Shown here: positions 46,149-55,581 of the stretch, in pieces | Layout of the letters: each line of letters starts with the position of its first letter | How positions within the stretch are numbered: the stretch's first letter is position 1 | IMG/VR virus record: IMGVR_UViG_3300010403_000024 | Span: 1-64,000 of that record | Strand: one strand, 5' to 3' | Length of the DNA: 64,000 nucleotides | From: a virus | Notes under the pieces: generated by a model | Told to the model about the DNA's origin: nothing | Seen by the model: the letters and a program-made list of their open reading frames with translations, nothing else | Database searches by the model: none | Position numbers and translations under genes: made by a program

Positions 46149-46351
46149 GCGCCTCCGGCCATCGGCATCGCTGCCCGAAGTGCGGGAAGGATCGGGCCTT
46201 CAGCTACCGCTGGGACGCCTACTACTGCGAGAAGTGCAAGGTCTGGCTGGAGGAGAAGTGCGCGGACGCGCTGTGCATCTTCTGCGCGGACCGGCCAGCG
46301 GAGCCGCCCAGGACCGAGCACTGCAACAGCACGCGGAGTAAACTTTCTTGA
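46145..46351 (+). CDS. Cys-rich zinc-binding small protein
   Basis: CPKC...DAYYCEKC..WLEEKC....C.FC..RP. Confidence 0.72.
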   Translation: MSASGHRHRCPKCGKDRAFSYRWDAYYCEKCKVWLEEKCADALCIFCADRPAEPPRTEHCNSTRSKLS

Positions 46352-46388
46352 CCCAATCGGCAGAATGGCGGACAAGGACTAAAAGCAA

Positions 46389-46595
46389 ATGTTTACGCGC
46401 TTTACCCTGGCCGACCTGGCGGCGACGATTGTGCAGCCGGACGACGACCTCTGCACCGCGATCAAGAAGGTGATGCAGGCGCAGCGGCTGTGGTACCAAT
46501 ACCAGCGCTACAAGTTCAACGACGACGGATCGATCTCGGACTCTTTTTGTCAGGAGATAAAAAATTGCTTTGCAACTCTGGAGGCGGGAACCTAA
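46389..46595 (+). CDS. Small virion-type protein, paralog of N-terminus of 47666..49192
   Basis: DLC...Y.FNDDGSISDSFCQEI..C. Confidence 0.65.
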   Translation: MFTRFTLADLAATIVQPDDDLCTAIKKVMQAQRLWYQYQRYKFNDDGSISDSFCQEIKNCFATLEAGT

Positions 46596-46602
46596 CGCAT
46601 TT

Positions 46603-47364
46603 ATGGCAAACAAAACACTAACCCCCGAAGTCGCGGCTGTCCTGAGTCGCGCAACGATCACCGGCAACAAACTCGTCGTGCCGAATAATCCTGACGGCTC
46701 TCGGCTCGACCGCTCCCTCTACCAAAAGGTCAATGATGCGCTTGTGGCCGCTGGTGGAAAATGGAACACCAAAGAGCAAGGTCATATATTCAACAGTGAT
46801 CCGCGCCCAAAACTAGAACTGATGCTGGAAACAGGAGTGGCCGTGGATGAGGCTGGAACCAAGAAAAAGAAACTCCAAGCCTTCTACACCCCAAAGCCGC
46901 TCGCGGATGAACTCGTCCAACTGGCAAACGTCAAAGGCCAATTCGTGCTCGAACCATCGGCAGGACGAGGTGCATTGGTGGAAGCCTGCGCTCGCGCTGG
47001 TGCGCGTGGTGTGGTCTGTGTAGAACTCGACCAGGAATCCGCCGCACAACTCAAAGCGGACGGACTGACAAATGTAACCTGCGCCGATTTCCTGACACTC
47101 AAGCCAAATCGCAAATACAGCCGCATTGTGATGAATCCGCCGTTCACTCGCGGACAAGACATCAAGCATGTGGAACACGCCCTGAAATGGCTCGCGACCG
47201 ACGGTGTTCTTGTGTCAGTGATGCTCGCAGACGGCGACCGTCCAAAACTCAAGGAAGTGCTGAACGGCCACGAATGGAATCTCCGGGATGTGCCAGTCGG
47301 TGCCTTTAAGGAATCCGGCACAAACATCGCAACTGCAATCCTGACCGTGCGAGCGCGTGGATAG
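46603..47364 (+). CDS. DNA N6-adenine methyltransferase
   Basis: FYTP, VLEPSAGRG, IVMNPPF, FKESGT. Confidence 0.9.
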   Translation: MANKTLTPEVAAVLSRATITGNKLVVPNNPDGSRLDRSLYQKVNDALVAAGGKWNTKEQGHIFNSDPRPKLELMLETGVAVDEAGTKKKKLQAFYTPKPLADELVQLANVKGQFVLEPSAGRGALVEACARAGARGVVCVELDQESAAQLKADGLTNVTCADFLTLKPNRKYSRIVMNPPFTRGQDIKHVEHALKWLATDGVLVSVMLADGDRPKLKEVLNGHEWNLRDVPVGAFKESGTNIATAILTVRARG

Positions 47365-47372
47365 GCTAACGT

Positions 47373-47669
47373 ATGAGCAGTCCCGAAACAACCCAACTGC
47401 ACGCGACCGTGCCCTCAGCGACGGGTTCTCCGACGGCTGAAGAACTCGCAGCACTGAAGGCCGAAAATGCGCAACTGAAAGACATCATGCGCAAGTGCAA
47501 CCGGGACGGGCACCGGCTGAAGGATTTCATCATCGCGTGCAATGGGCCGGGCGAGATGATTCGCTTCCAAGAGGCGGCGACCAATAACAAGGGCGTCGAT
47601 ATTTTCTTGAGCTACCTCGACAGCTTGTGGCGCGAACTCGATAAGGCCAAGTCGGAGGCTAACAAATGA
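47373..47669 (+). CDS. Hypothetical protein
   Basis: Coupled to next gene. Confidence 0.55.
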   Translation: MSSPETTQLHATVPSATGSPTAEELAALKAENAQLKDIMRKCNRDGHRLKDFIIACNGPGEMIRFQEAATNNKGVDIFLSYLDSLWRELDKAKSEANK

Positions 47670-49192
47670 GCTCACCTGTTACACCATCGCAACTGCTCGC
47701 TACTGTCGCGTCGGGCACAGGGGACGTATGCCAAAGGTTCGCGGCGCTGCTGAAGTTCGGGCAGCTCGCGCATGATGAATTTGCCTACGAGCGCAATGAG
47801 CAGGGGGACATCACGCCAGAATTTTGCAGCGACATTTTGGCGTGTGCCGGCATCTCCGGTGTCACGCCCCCGGGCGGCGGCACGGGCGGCACATTAGCGG
47901 CCCCGGTGATCTCGGCCTCGGACGGCACCTTTGGCGACCGGGTGCGGATCACCTGGAATGCGGTGAGCGGCGCGACTCAGTATTTTGTCTATCGGGCGAC
48001 GGCCGACAACCCGGCGCTGGCGACGCAGATCGCGACCAGCGTCTCGATGCAGTATGACGACACGACCGGGACGATTGACACCACCTACTACTACTGGGTG
48101 AAGGCATCCAACGGCACCACGACCTCGGCGCTGTCCAACTCTGACCCAGGCTATTACTCGACGCCACTGGGTGCCGTGAGCGACCTGGAATGCAGCCGCG
48201 GGGCGGCCACGACGCTGAACCCGCAACGGGTGATCTACATGCAATGGACGGAAGTGCCGACCGCGACGGTGTATGACATCTATCGGCATACGGCGGACGA
48301 TTTCCCGAACGCGACCAAGATCAAGGACGGGTTGGCCCCAGGCGACAACACCAGCTACAGCGGGGCGAGCCCGAACGGGTTGACCGACAACGTGACCGAC
48401 CTGACCTACTACGACACGCCGCCCGACCCGTTCCTCGAGTACTTTTACTGGGTGATTGGGCGCAAGCTGAATCCGAACGCAGCCGGGTTGGTCAGCAACA
48501 CGGGCTCCGGCTGGGCGGTGGGCTTCGGCGAGGGCAACACGCCGGATGCGGCGGTCCACATCACGGACGTGGCGGAGCATACGGTGCCGGCGTCGATGAC
48601 GCGCGCCTGGATCTACATGATCGGCGGAGCAGCGGGCGGGGCCGGGGCGGGCGTGAACTTTGGCGGGGGCGGCAGCGGGGCCGGGGCGGTGCTGTGGGGC
48701 GAACTGGCGGTGGCGGCTGGCGGCAAGTTCCAGTTTGTGGCGACTGGCTCGGCGGAGAGTACGGCGGCGGCGGAGACCGATGGGGCCGATGGGCGCCTTT
48801 GGGAATTGAAATACAAACCACCGGCGGGCAGCTACGCGACGGTGATGACATCCTCGGCGGCGACCGGCGGCAACTACAACGCCGCTGGCGGCGGCACGGG
48901 CGGGACTGGGGCGGTGGCGACCAACGACGGCGTGATCAGCAACGGGGCCGAGCACGACGGCAACGACGGGTTGCCGGGTCAGGGGGCCAAGGGCGGGCGC
49001 AGCGGGAAGATCTGGGGGTATGTCAGGACACCGGCGGCGCATTCGTTGCCGGGCTTTCCATTGCCTGGCTTCAGCGGCGACGGCAACGGCGCGGGCGGGA
49101 GCGTGGCGGTCGGCAACCCGTCATTTTTGGCCTACGCGACGGGCGGCAAGGGGCAGACGGCGCAGGCGAGTATTTCGTTTTCCATCGCCTGA
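47666..49192 (+). CDS. Tail fibre/spike with fibronectin-III repeats and glycine-rich domain
   Basis: ASDGTF.DRVRITW..VSGAT.Y.VYR, YYYWVKA; GGAAGGAG..GGGSGAG; no signal peptide. Confidence 0.8.
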   Translation: MSSPVTPSQLLATVASGTGDVCQRFAALLKFGQLAHDEFAYERNEQGDITPEFCSDILACAGISGVTPPGGGTGGTLAAPVISASDGTFGDRVRITWNAVSGATQYFVYRATADNPALATQIATSVSMQYDDTTGTIDTTYYYWVKASNGTTTSALSNSDPGYYSTPLGAVSDLECSRGAATTLNPQRVIYMQWTEVPTATVYDIYRHTADDFPNATKIKDGLAPGDNTSYSGASPNGLTDNVTDLTYYDTPPDPFLEYFYWVIGRKLNPNAAGLVSNTGSGWAVGFGEGNTPDAAVHITDVAEHTVPASMTRAWIYMIGGAAGGAGAGVNFGGGGSGAGAVLWGELAVAAGGKFQFVATGSAESTAAAETDGADGRLWELKYKPPAGSYATVMTSSAATGGNYNAAGGGTGGTGAVATNDGVISNGAEHDGNDGLPGQGAKGGRSGKIWGYVRTPAAHSLPGFPLPGFSGDGNGAGGSVAVGNPSFLAYATGGKGQTAQASISFSIA

Positions 49193-49225
49193 TTTTTTAC
49201 AGAAGGCAACGAAGGTAACAAAGAA

Positions 49226-50143
49226 ATGCAGACTATAGTTATTTATCACCGAAGCGACTTCGACGGCATCTTTTGCAGGGAGGTCGCCCGCAAGTTTCTA
49301 CCGCAGGCTGAATTGATCGGATGGGAGTACGGCGACCCGGTGCCGTCGGTGCCGGAGGAAGCGCAACTCTACATCCTCGATCTGAGCGTGGAGGGCCTGA
49401 TGCAGCACCCGAACCTGATCTGGATCGACCATCACAAGAGCGCCATCGACAAGTACCCATCGACGATCAAGGGCTACCGGATCGATGGCGTGGCGGCCTG
49501 CCGGCTGGCCTGGCAATGGTTCGCGAAGAAGAAAAACGCTTATCCCTGGACAGCTATAATTGACTGGCCAGAGAAGCAGCATTTTGTCCGCAGGGAAGTT
49601 GAGGAACCAATAGCCGTGCGCCTCGCCGGTGAGTACGACATCTGGGACAGGAGAAATCCCGACGCTGAACTGTTTCAGCACGGACTGCGTAGCCAGGATC
49701 TTGAACCGCTCTGGGAAATTCTTTTGTCTGGCCCATTCTCGGAGGACGCAGACGGCAAAGTTGGGTTGGACGAAATCACGGTCGATGCGCTGCTCGAAGC
49801 TGGACGCGCGCTCCAATACGCCAAGACCAAGGAGAACGAATCGATCATCAAGGCCCAGAGTTTCCGCATGCAATGGGAGGGGTTGCGCTTCCTCTGCTGC
49901 AACCATGCGCGCTTCAACTCATTTTTGTTTACGGCGGGACTGACACCCGACGACGACGCCTGCCTGGGCTTCTGCTGGGATGGCCGAAAATGGAAAGTCT
50001 CGCTCTACCACGCGACGGGCAAGGAGCACATTGATCTATCAGTGATCGCGGTCAAGCATGGGGGTGGAGGCCACCGCGGCGCTTGCGGGTTCGCCTGCGA
50101 TACGCTGCCCTTCCCATTGAAGACTCCATCCGACCCCGCTTGA
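49226..50143 (+). CDS. DHH/DHHA1 phosphoesterase
   Basis: YHRSDFDG, ILD, WIDHH, GGGGHRGACG. Confidence 0.9.
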   Translation: MQTIVIYHRSDFDGIFCREVARKFLPQAELIGWEYGDPVPSVPEEAQLYILDLSVEGLMQHPNLIWIDHHKSAIDKYPSTIKGYRIDGVAACRLAWQWFAKKKNAYPWTAIIDWPEKQHFVRREVEEPIAVRLAGEYDIWDRRNPDAELFQHGLRSQDLEPLWEILLSGPFSEDADGKVGLDEITVDALLEAGRALQYAKTKENESIIKAQSFRMQWEGLRFLCCNHARFNSFLFTAGLTPDDDACLGFCWDGRKWKVSLYHATGKEHIDLSVIAVKHGGGGHRGACGFACDTLPFPLKTPSDPA

Positions 50144-50149
50144 GGTAGT

Positions 50150-50608
50150 GTGATCGAAATCAAAAAATCTGAAACCGCCGATACCCGGACCTGTGACTTC
50201 GCCAACACGTCCAAGGAAACATTGCTGGCATCCAGCCGGCAGCATATCGGCGACGTGGTGAAGGCCCTCGCTTTCTTCTCTGCCAAGATCACGGAGGCCG
50301 CGGGCGAACATGACTATGACAAGCTGACCGCCATCGACTGGTTTCATTCGGACTTCGTGACTGGATTCAAAAAGACTGGATGGTGGGATAATCATCGGAA
50401 GATCCACCGGCACCACCTCGACAAGGCCGATGGGGTGCCGGATAACGTGAACCTGCTCGATGTTATCGAACACATCGCCGATTGCGTGATGGCCGGAATG
50501 GCGCGGAGCGGGAACGTCTATGAATTGAAGCTGTCGGATGAACTACTCCAACGCGCCTTTCGGAACACAGCCGAACTGCTCAAGGCGCAGGTAAGGGTGC
50601 AGGAATGA
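50150..50608 (+). CDS. HD-domain protein (DUF5662-like)
   Basis: H...HDYDK...HRHH...EHIAD. Confidence 0.72.
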   Translation: MIEIKKSETADTRTCDFANTSKETLLASSRQHIGDVVKALAFFSAKITEAAGEHDYDKLTAIDWFHSDFVTGFKKTGWWDNHRKIHRHHLDKADGVPDNVNLLDVIEHIADCVMAGMARSGNVYELKLSDELLQRAFRNTAELLKAQVRVQE

Positions 50609-50823
50609 CCACCAGCGCCACCCAAAAGCCGGCGCCGCACCCGTTCTACGGCGATGCCTACGAGCGGGGCAAAGATCCCTGGCACAAGGAGGCGTTCCCG
50701 GATGGGTTCAAGGACGCCGCGCCCAATCAGGGTGATCGGCGCGAGGGCTGGTTTCTACTCGACGGCTTCGGAAACGCCATCGGCTTCGTGCCCGATGGGA
50801 CGGAACTGCCAACCCCAACCTGA
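50605..50823 (+). CDS. Hypothetical protein
   Basis: Coupled small ORF. Confidence 0.55.
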   Translation: MTTSATQKPAPHPFYGDAYERGKDPWHKEAFPDGFKDAAPNQGDRREGWFLLDGFGNAIGFVPDGTELPTPT

Positions 50824-50824
50824 G

Positions 50825-51106
50825 ATGATTTTGGAAGCGACCACGAAGAATATTGAGTGGCTGGTTGAACGCCTCTACGAAGTCAGGCGCTACATGCAGG
50901 CTGAAGGCATTGAGAATCCAACCTTTGTGCTGCTCACGAAAGGCGAGGAGGACCGGCACAGGATTGAACGGATCTTTTTTTTGTATTTCCAATCCCGCTA
51001 TGGAATCCCATCCTTTGAGTGCATTCAAGTGGCTGAAACCAGCCGGTCGCACAGCCGGTACGAACTGCCAAACATAGGCGCGTCGATCATCTTAATGGAC
51101 ATCTGA
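50825..51106 (+). CDS. Hypothetical protein
   Basis: ATG 50825. Confidence 0.55.
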   Translation: MILEATTKNIEWLVERLYEVRRYMQAEGIENPTFVLLTKGEEDRHRIERIFFLYFQSRYGIPSFECIQVAETSRSHSRYELPNIGASIILMDI

Positions 51107-51109
51107 ATC

Positions 51110-51628
51110 ATGAGAAGACACTGGTCTTATCTGCAATATGTCCTTCGGCACAAATGGTTTGTATTCCTCGCCGGCCTTAAAACTGGCGCGCCACTGTGGC
51201 GGTTGATCATCCACGACTGGAGTAAGTTCCTGCCCTGCGAATGGGGGCCATACGTGCGGAGCTTCTATAACCGGGATGGCAGCAAGCGCGATTGGAAGAC
51301 GCGCGACCCTTGGGACAAGGTGGAGTTTGACTGGGCGTGGAACCACCACCAGAAATCGAACGATCACCATTGGCAGTACTGGTTACTGACCAACGACTCG
51401 GACGATCCAAAGCACCGCCCACTGATGATGCCGGAGGAATGCGTGCGCGAGATGGTGGCCGACTGGATGGGGGCGGGGCGGGCCATTACCGGCAAGTGGG
51501 ATGCGCTCAACTGGTACGGACAGAATCAAGGGAAGATACTGCTGCATGAACTGACGCGCAGCCAAGTGCGCGAGATCCTCGAACGCGCCATGGAGAAAAT
51601 GGTTCTCGACAAGCGGGGCAAAAACTAA
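51110..51628 (+). CDS. HD-domain protein (DUF5662 family)
   Basis: RHKWFV, HDWSK, HHQKSNDHHWQYW, EMVADW.GA. Confidence 0.82.
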   Translation: MRRHWSYLQYVLRHKWFVFLAGLKTGAPLWRLIIHDWSKFLPCEWGPYVRSFYNRDGSKRDWKTRDPWDKVEFDWAWNHHQKSNDHHWQYWLLTNDSDDPKHRPLMMPEECVREMVADWMGAGRAITGKWDALNWYGQNQGKILLHELTRSQVREILERAMEKMVLDKRGKN

Positions 51629-53694
51629 TGGCCGCGCGAGTCCCATACAAGCCGATCACCATCCGCCCGATCGATGGCTTGCTCGATACTCGTCTGACCC
51701 CGGACGAGATCCCGATTGGCGGGTACCGCTACGTCGAAAGCTGGGAATGCCTGGCACGGGGCAAGCTCTGCCGGATGAGCGGCTGGCGGCGATTGCTGGA
51801 CGAGGAGTTCAATAACAACGCGGATCTGCACGATCAGTTGCTGACGATCACCGAGCGGGAAGTGCGGCAGCCGATCATCTTTCTCTTTACGCATCCGATG
51901 CCGCTGGGGACGAACAAGTTTTATGCCGCGAGCGCCAATGTGCTGTATGCCCTCAACAACGGGACGGGCAACTGGAAAGTGATCGGCGACGAGTTCAGTC
52001 CCGCCCAGAGCGCCTCCTGCCCAGAGGTGAGATGGAGCGCGGCGGGCTTTGGCGACGTGGTGGTATTCAGCAACGGGATCGACCCGGTAGTTTATCAGGT
52101 GGTCGATCAGCCGGCGCTGGGCGACACCGACCAGAGCGTGCAGACGATCAGCGACCTGGAACTGTTGAACATCACGCGGGTCGGGTTTGTAAAGCAGTTC
52201 GCCGGCCTCACCATTTACTTCAACGTCGTGCAGGATGCGGTGCGGCACAGTTACCGGGCCATCTGGAGCGATTATCAAAATCCGCTGAGCGTGAAGCCCA
52301 AAGCCAGCGCCAGTGTCGCGGGCTACAAGGACCTGGACTTTGGCGAAGTGATATTGGCGGCGGAAGAACTGGGCAACTCGCTGGTCGTCTATACCAACAA
52401 AGCGATCTGGCAGGCGGATCTGGGGGGCGACGCCGGGTTGATCTGGAGCAAGCGCTATTCACCCAAGGATGTCGGCGACCGCTGCTTGGTCTATCCGCGC
52501 ACATTGGTCTCGACCGGATCGGAGCATTACTTCTTTGCCCGCGACGGCATTTACCTCTTCTCGCAGTATGTGGCCAAGCCGCAGCGCATCGAGTGGATTC
52601 ACAACGCGAGCGCCATTGTCTTCGAGGACCTGGACAGCAGCCGGTGCGTGGTGCATCACGGGGCCCATGAGGTGGACAAGAAACAAATCTGGTGGAGCTG
52701 GGCCAAGACGGGCGAGGCGTGTCCGACCCAGAGCTTTGTGATCAACACCGAGTATTCCTTTGCCTCGCTGGTGCCGAAAGGGTTTAGCGCCTTCGGGTTG
52801 TTTGGATTTATCCGGCAAAGGATTCTGCGCGATTTCTTGATCGAGAAGTGCATCTGCGACGCCGCCGGGTTGGAGGAGAACGGGCTGGGCTTCGTGCATG
52901 AAGGCGGCTTCTGCGCGGCCCCCGCCGACTGCACCGGCTGCGACGCGGACACTGAGAGCGACTGCGAGGCCCCGACCTCGATCTACACCAACGAGACGGT
53001 GGACCTCGACGGTGTGGAGGTCGAGGACCTGAACTTTGGTGGCGGCAACACCCCGGATGCACAGTCGCTCTGCACGGCGTTGGCGGGGTTGACCGTGCAG
53101 GACCTCTGCCAGGTGGAAGCGGTCGCGGCCGAGTGCAAGGACGCGGATTTGTTTATCGGGGCCAGCACCGAAGATTTTTGTTTGAAGGAGATGGACAGCG
53201 AGGTGCGCTACCGGGAACGGTGCAGCGACATGGCGGGCTGCGGGACCTACATCAAGGACGGGTATCTGAGCATCCTGCGGAGCGGTCCGCTCGACTTGGG
53301 CTTGCCGGAGCAGGAGAAGCGCATCAGCCGCTTCGGGGTGGAGATACATCCGGAGGAGCAGAGCGTGCCCAGCCAACTGGAACTGAAGGTGGGAAGCGCG
53401 GTGCAGGCGATTGACCCGAACAAGTTCGACGAGAACGGGCGCTGCGTGATCATGTACCGGGAGGAAGTGCCGCGCAGCCTGGAATGTTTATCAACCAAGA
53501 CGGCGGTCGAGCACGCCGAGGCTGGGACGCGCCCGGACGAGGACGTGGCCTGGACGCTGGATATGATCGGGCGCTATTTCTATTTTGAACTGACGGTCAG
53601 CAACCCGAACGTGAGTCCACCGAATACGGGCGGGGCGGTCTGTTTGTCGCGGATCAGTTTCCGGGCCGGGGCGGCGGCGATGCTGAAGATGTAG
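51628..53694 (+). CDS. Tail stabilisation / nozzle protein (P22 gp10-like), Cys-rich
   Basis: GLLD..LTP N-terminus, beta-propeller-like VVFSNG.D, IWSD, VYTNKAIW, DGIY. Confidence 0.72.
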   Translation: MAARVPYKPITIRPIDGLLDTRLTPDEIPIGGYRYVESWECLARGKLCRMSGWRRLLDEEFNNNADLHDQLLTITEREVRQPIIFLFTHPMPLGTNKFYAASANVLYALNNGTGNWKVIGDEFSPAQSASCPEVRWSAAGFGDVVVFSNGIDPVVYQVVDQPALGDTDQSVQTISDLELLNITRVGFVKQFAGLTIYFNVVQDAVRHSYRAIWSDYQNPLSVKPKASASVAGYKDLDFGEVILAAEELGNSLVVYTNKAIWQADLGGDAGLIWSKRYSPKDVGDRCLVYPRTLVSTGSEHYFFARDGIYLFSQYVAKPQRIEWIHNASAIVFEDLDSSRCVVHHGAHEVDKKQIWWSWAKTGEACPTQSFVINTEYSFASLVPKGFSAFGLFGFIRQRILRDFLIEKCICDAAGLEENGLGFVHEGGFCAAPADCTGCDADTESDCEAPTSIYTNETVDLDGVEVEDLNFGGGNTPDAQSLCTALAGLTVQDLCQVEAVAAECKDADLFIGASTEDFCLKEMDSEVRYRERCSDMAGCGTYIKDGYLSILRSGPLDLGLPEQEKRISRFGVEIHPEEQSVPSQLELKVGSAVQAIDPNKFDENGRCVIMYREEVPRSLECLSTKTAVEHAEAGTRPDEDVAWTLDMIGRYFYFELTVSNPNVSPPNTGGAVCLSRISFRAGAAAMLKM

Positions 53695-53708
53695 ATTTCG
53701 TTTGCGAT

Positions 53709-53724
53709 TCGGCAGAGTTGCGGA
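53709..53724 (+). promoter_or_regulatory. Operator-like motif TCGGCAGAGTTGCGGA
   Basis: Matches motif at 23504; 12 nt before ATG 53737. Confidence 0.55.
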
Positions 53725-53736
53725 CATTGTGCCTTT

Positions 53737-54009
53737 ATGAATGCAAAGAGCACACCCCAAATTGTAAGACGAGTCGGACATTTCAGACCGCCGATCCCGC
53801 AACCGATACCTGAGTTAAGGCCAAGCCCGCCCAGCCTGGTGCCGCAGAACATGGCCCAAACCATCCTGGTGCTGGAGAAGACGATCTACGAGGCCAAGCG
53901 CAAGTACGTGACCGGATCAGGCGACCCGCTGGTGGATCTTGCCAAGCTGATCGAGACGGCGACCGCAGAATGCAACCGCTGTCCGGCAGCTAGCCAGGCA
54001 GTTAAATGA
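53737..54009 (+). CDS. Hypothetical protein
   Basis: Follows motif; coupled to next gene. Confidence 0.55.
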   Translation: MNAKSTPQIVRRVGHFRPPIPQPIPELRPSPPSLVPQNMAQTILVLEKTIYEAKRKYVTGSGDPLVDLAKLIETATAECNRCPAASQAVK

Positions 54010-55154
54010 GCGAGCACTACGAAGAGCGGCATCGGCAGGAGCAACAAGAGCAGCAGGAGCAGGAAATGCAGGTGCGGCCCATCCCGCCGCACCATCACAA
54101 GCCGCATCCACAGCACCAGCAACATCTGCGGCGCCCGCTGGAGATCGACAAGCACCAGTCGCCCCACACGCTTTACCGGAGGTTCGCGCGGCCAGATTGC
54201 CTCAAGGACCCGCTCTACGTGGTTACCAGCGTGTTTAACCCGATCCGTTACCGCTCGCGCTGGAAGCTCTACGAAGATTTCTGCAAGATGTGCGCGGAGA
54301 CCGGCGCCATCCTCTACACAGTGGAAGTCGCTTTCGGGGACCGGGCCTTTTGCTGCACGGACGAGAACAATCCGTTCCACCTGCAACTGCGCACCTGGCA
54401 CGAGATCTGGTTCAAGGAAGCGGCGCTGAACCTGGCGGTGCAATGTTTGCCACACGATTGGAAATACGTAGCCTGGGTCGATGCCGACACACACTTCGCG
54501 CGCTACGACTGGGCGGACGAAACCCGGCATCTGTTGCAACACTACCCGATCATCCAGATGTGGAGCCAGATGCACGACCTGGACTCGAACTTCCAACTGG
54601 TGGGGAGCACGCGCAGCTTTGGCGATGTTTGGATGTCGGGCGAGAAACCGCCGCCGGGTTGGAACCGCGAGGACTGCAAGTATTACTATCCGCACCGCGG
54701 CTACCCTGGGGCCCCGGGCCTGGCCTGGGCGATGCGGCGCGAGGCATGGGAGCAACTGGGCGGCTTGATCGACTACTGCATTCTGGGCGCGGGCGACTGG
54801 TACATGGCCCACGCCTTGACCGGCCAGATCGAACGCGTGCTGGCGCCGGGGCAGCATCCGCGATTGAAAGAGAAGTTGCGGCAATACCAGCACCACGCGG
54901 AGCGCAGCCTGTGGCAGGAGCGCCCGATCTGCGGCAACCTTGGCGTGATGAAAGGGTTAGCGCTGCATTACTGGCACGGGCCGAAGCTGAACCGGCGCTA
55001 CCGATCGCGGGAGCAGATTCTGTACGGGAACAACTACAACCCCGACATCGACCTGAAGCGCGACTGGCAGGGGCTGCTCCAACTGACCTCGCGGTCGGCG
55101 GAGTTGCGCCGGCAGGTGCAGCGATACTTTGCGGAGCGATTGGAGGATGCCTGA
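54006..55154 (+). CDS. GT-A glycosyltransferase-like protein with His/Gln-rich N-tail
   Basis: FNP.RY.SR, WFKE..LN, YVAWVDAD (DxD), PGLAWA, LGAGD, HYWHG. Confidence 0.75.
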   Translation: MSEHYEERHRQEQQEQQEQEMQVRPIPPHHHKPHPQHQQHLRRPLEIDKHQSPHTLYRRFARPDCLKDPLYVVTSVFNPIRYRSRWKLYEDFCKMCAETGAILYTVEVAFGDRAFCCTDENNPFHLQLRTWHEIWFKEAALNLAVQCLPHDWKYVAWVDADTHFARYDWADETRHLLQHYPIIQMWSQMHDLDSNFQLVGSTRSFGDVWMSGEKPPPGWNREDCKYYYPHRGYPGAPGLAWAMRREAWEQLGGLIDYCILGAGDWYMAHALTGQIERVLAPGQHPRLKEKLRQYQHHAERSLWQERPICGNLGVMKGLALHYWHGPKLNRRYRSREQILYGNNYNPDIDLKRDWQGLLQLTSRSAELRRQVQRYFAERLEDA

Positions 55155-55396
55155 TGCAGCCGTTCCAACAGCGGGTGATCGAGGAGAAGAAAGAACTGGA
55201 TCAAAAGATTGATCGGCTGGTGGCGTTCACGAAGGGACTGACCGCGCAATCGGATCGGGTGGATGGAGTGAGCGTGTGCTCGATCTTCCATCGGCTGCCC
55301 CCGGATGAACAACTGAGGCTGGCGCGGCAGTTGGATGCGATGCAGAATTACTCCGGCATACTGGCCGAGCGCATCGCGCATTTTTGTGTAATATGA
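55154..55396 (+). CDS. crAss001_48-like protein, second copy
   Basis: MQPFQQRVIEEKKELDQKIDRL..F...QLDAMQNYSGILAERI. Confidence 0.8.
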   Translation: MQPFQQRVIEEKKELDQKIDRLVAFTKGLTAQSDRVDGVSVCSIFHRLPPDEQLRLARQLDAMQNYSGILAERIAHFCVI

Positions 55397-55581
55397 AAAA
55401 AGGAACAAAAGTAAGCTGGCTGGCCGCAGGCGCTACGGTGCGCGGCCACGGAGTAACCATCTCGGACGAAGAGAACGGCCATGTGATGGTCGCGGTTGAT
55501 AGCGGGGTGTTTGAATACATCCCATTGGCCTACCATGTGGTGATCCACTGCACCGTCACCTGGCTAACCGTCGAAGCATGA
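55393..55581 (+). CDS. Small SH3-like hypothetical protein
   Basis: MKKGTKVSW; coupled. Confidence 0.55.
   Translation: MKKGTKVSWLAAGATVRGHGVTISDEENGHVMVAVDSGVFEYIPLAYHVVIHCTVTWLTVEA

Noticed and set aside
54290-55153. 368-aa ORF 54290..55396
   Set aside because: Only the last 80 aa (from ATG 55154) look like protein; the rest shadows the GT gene
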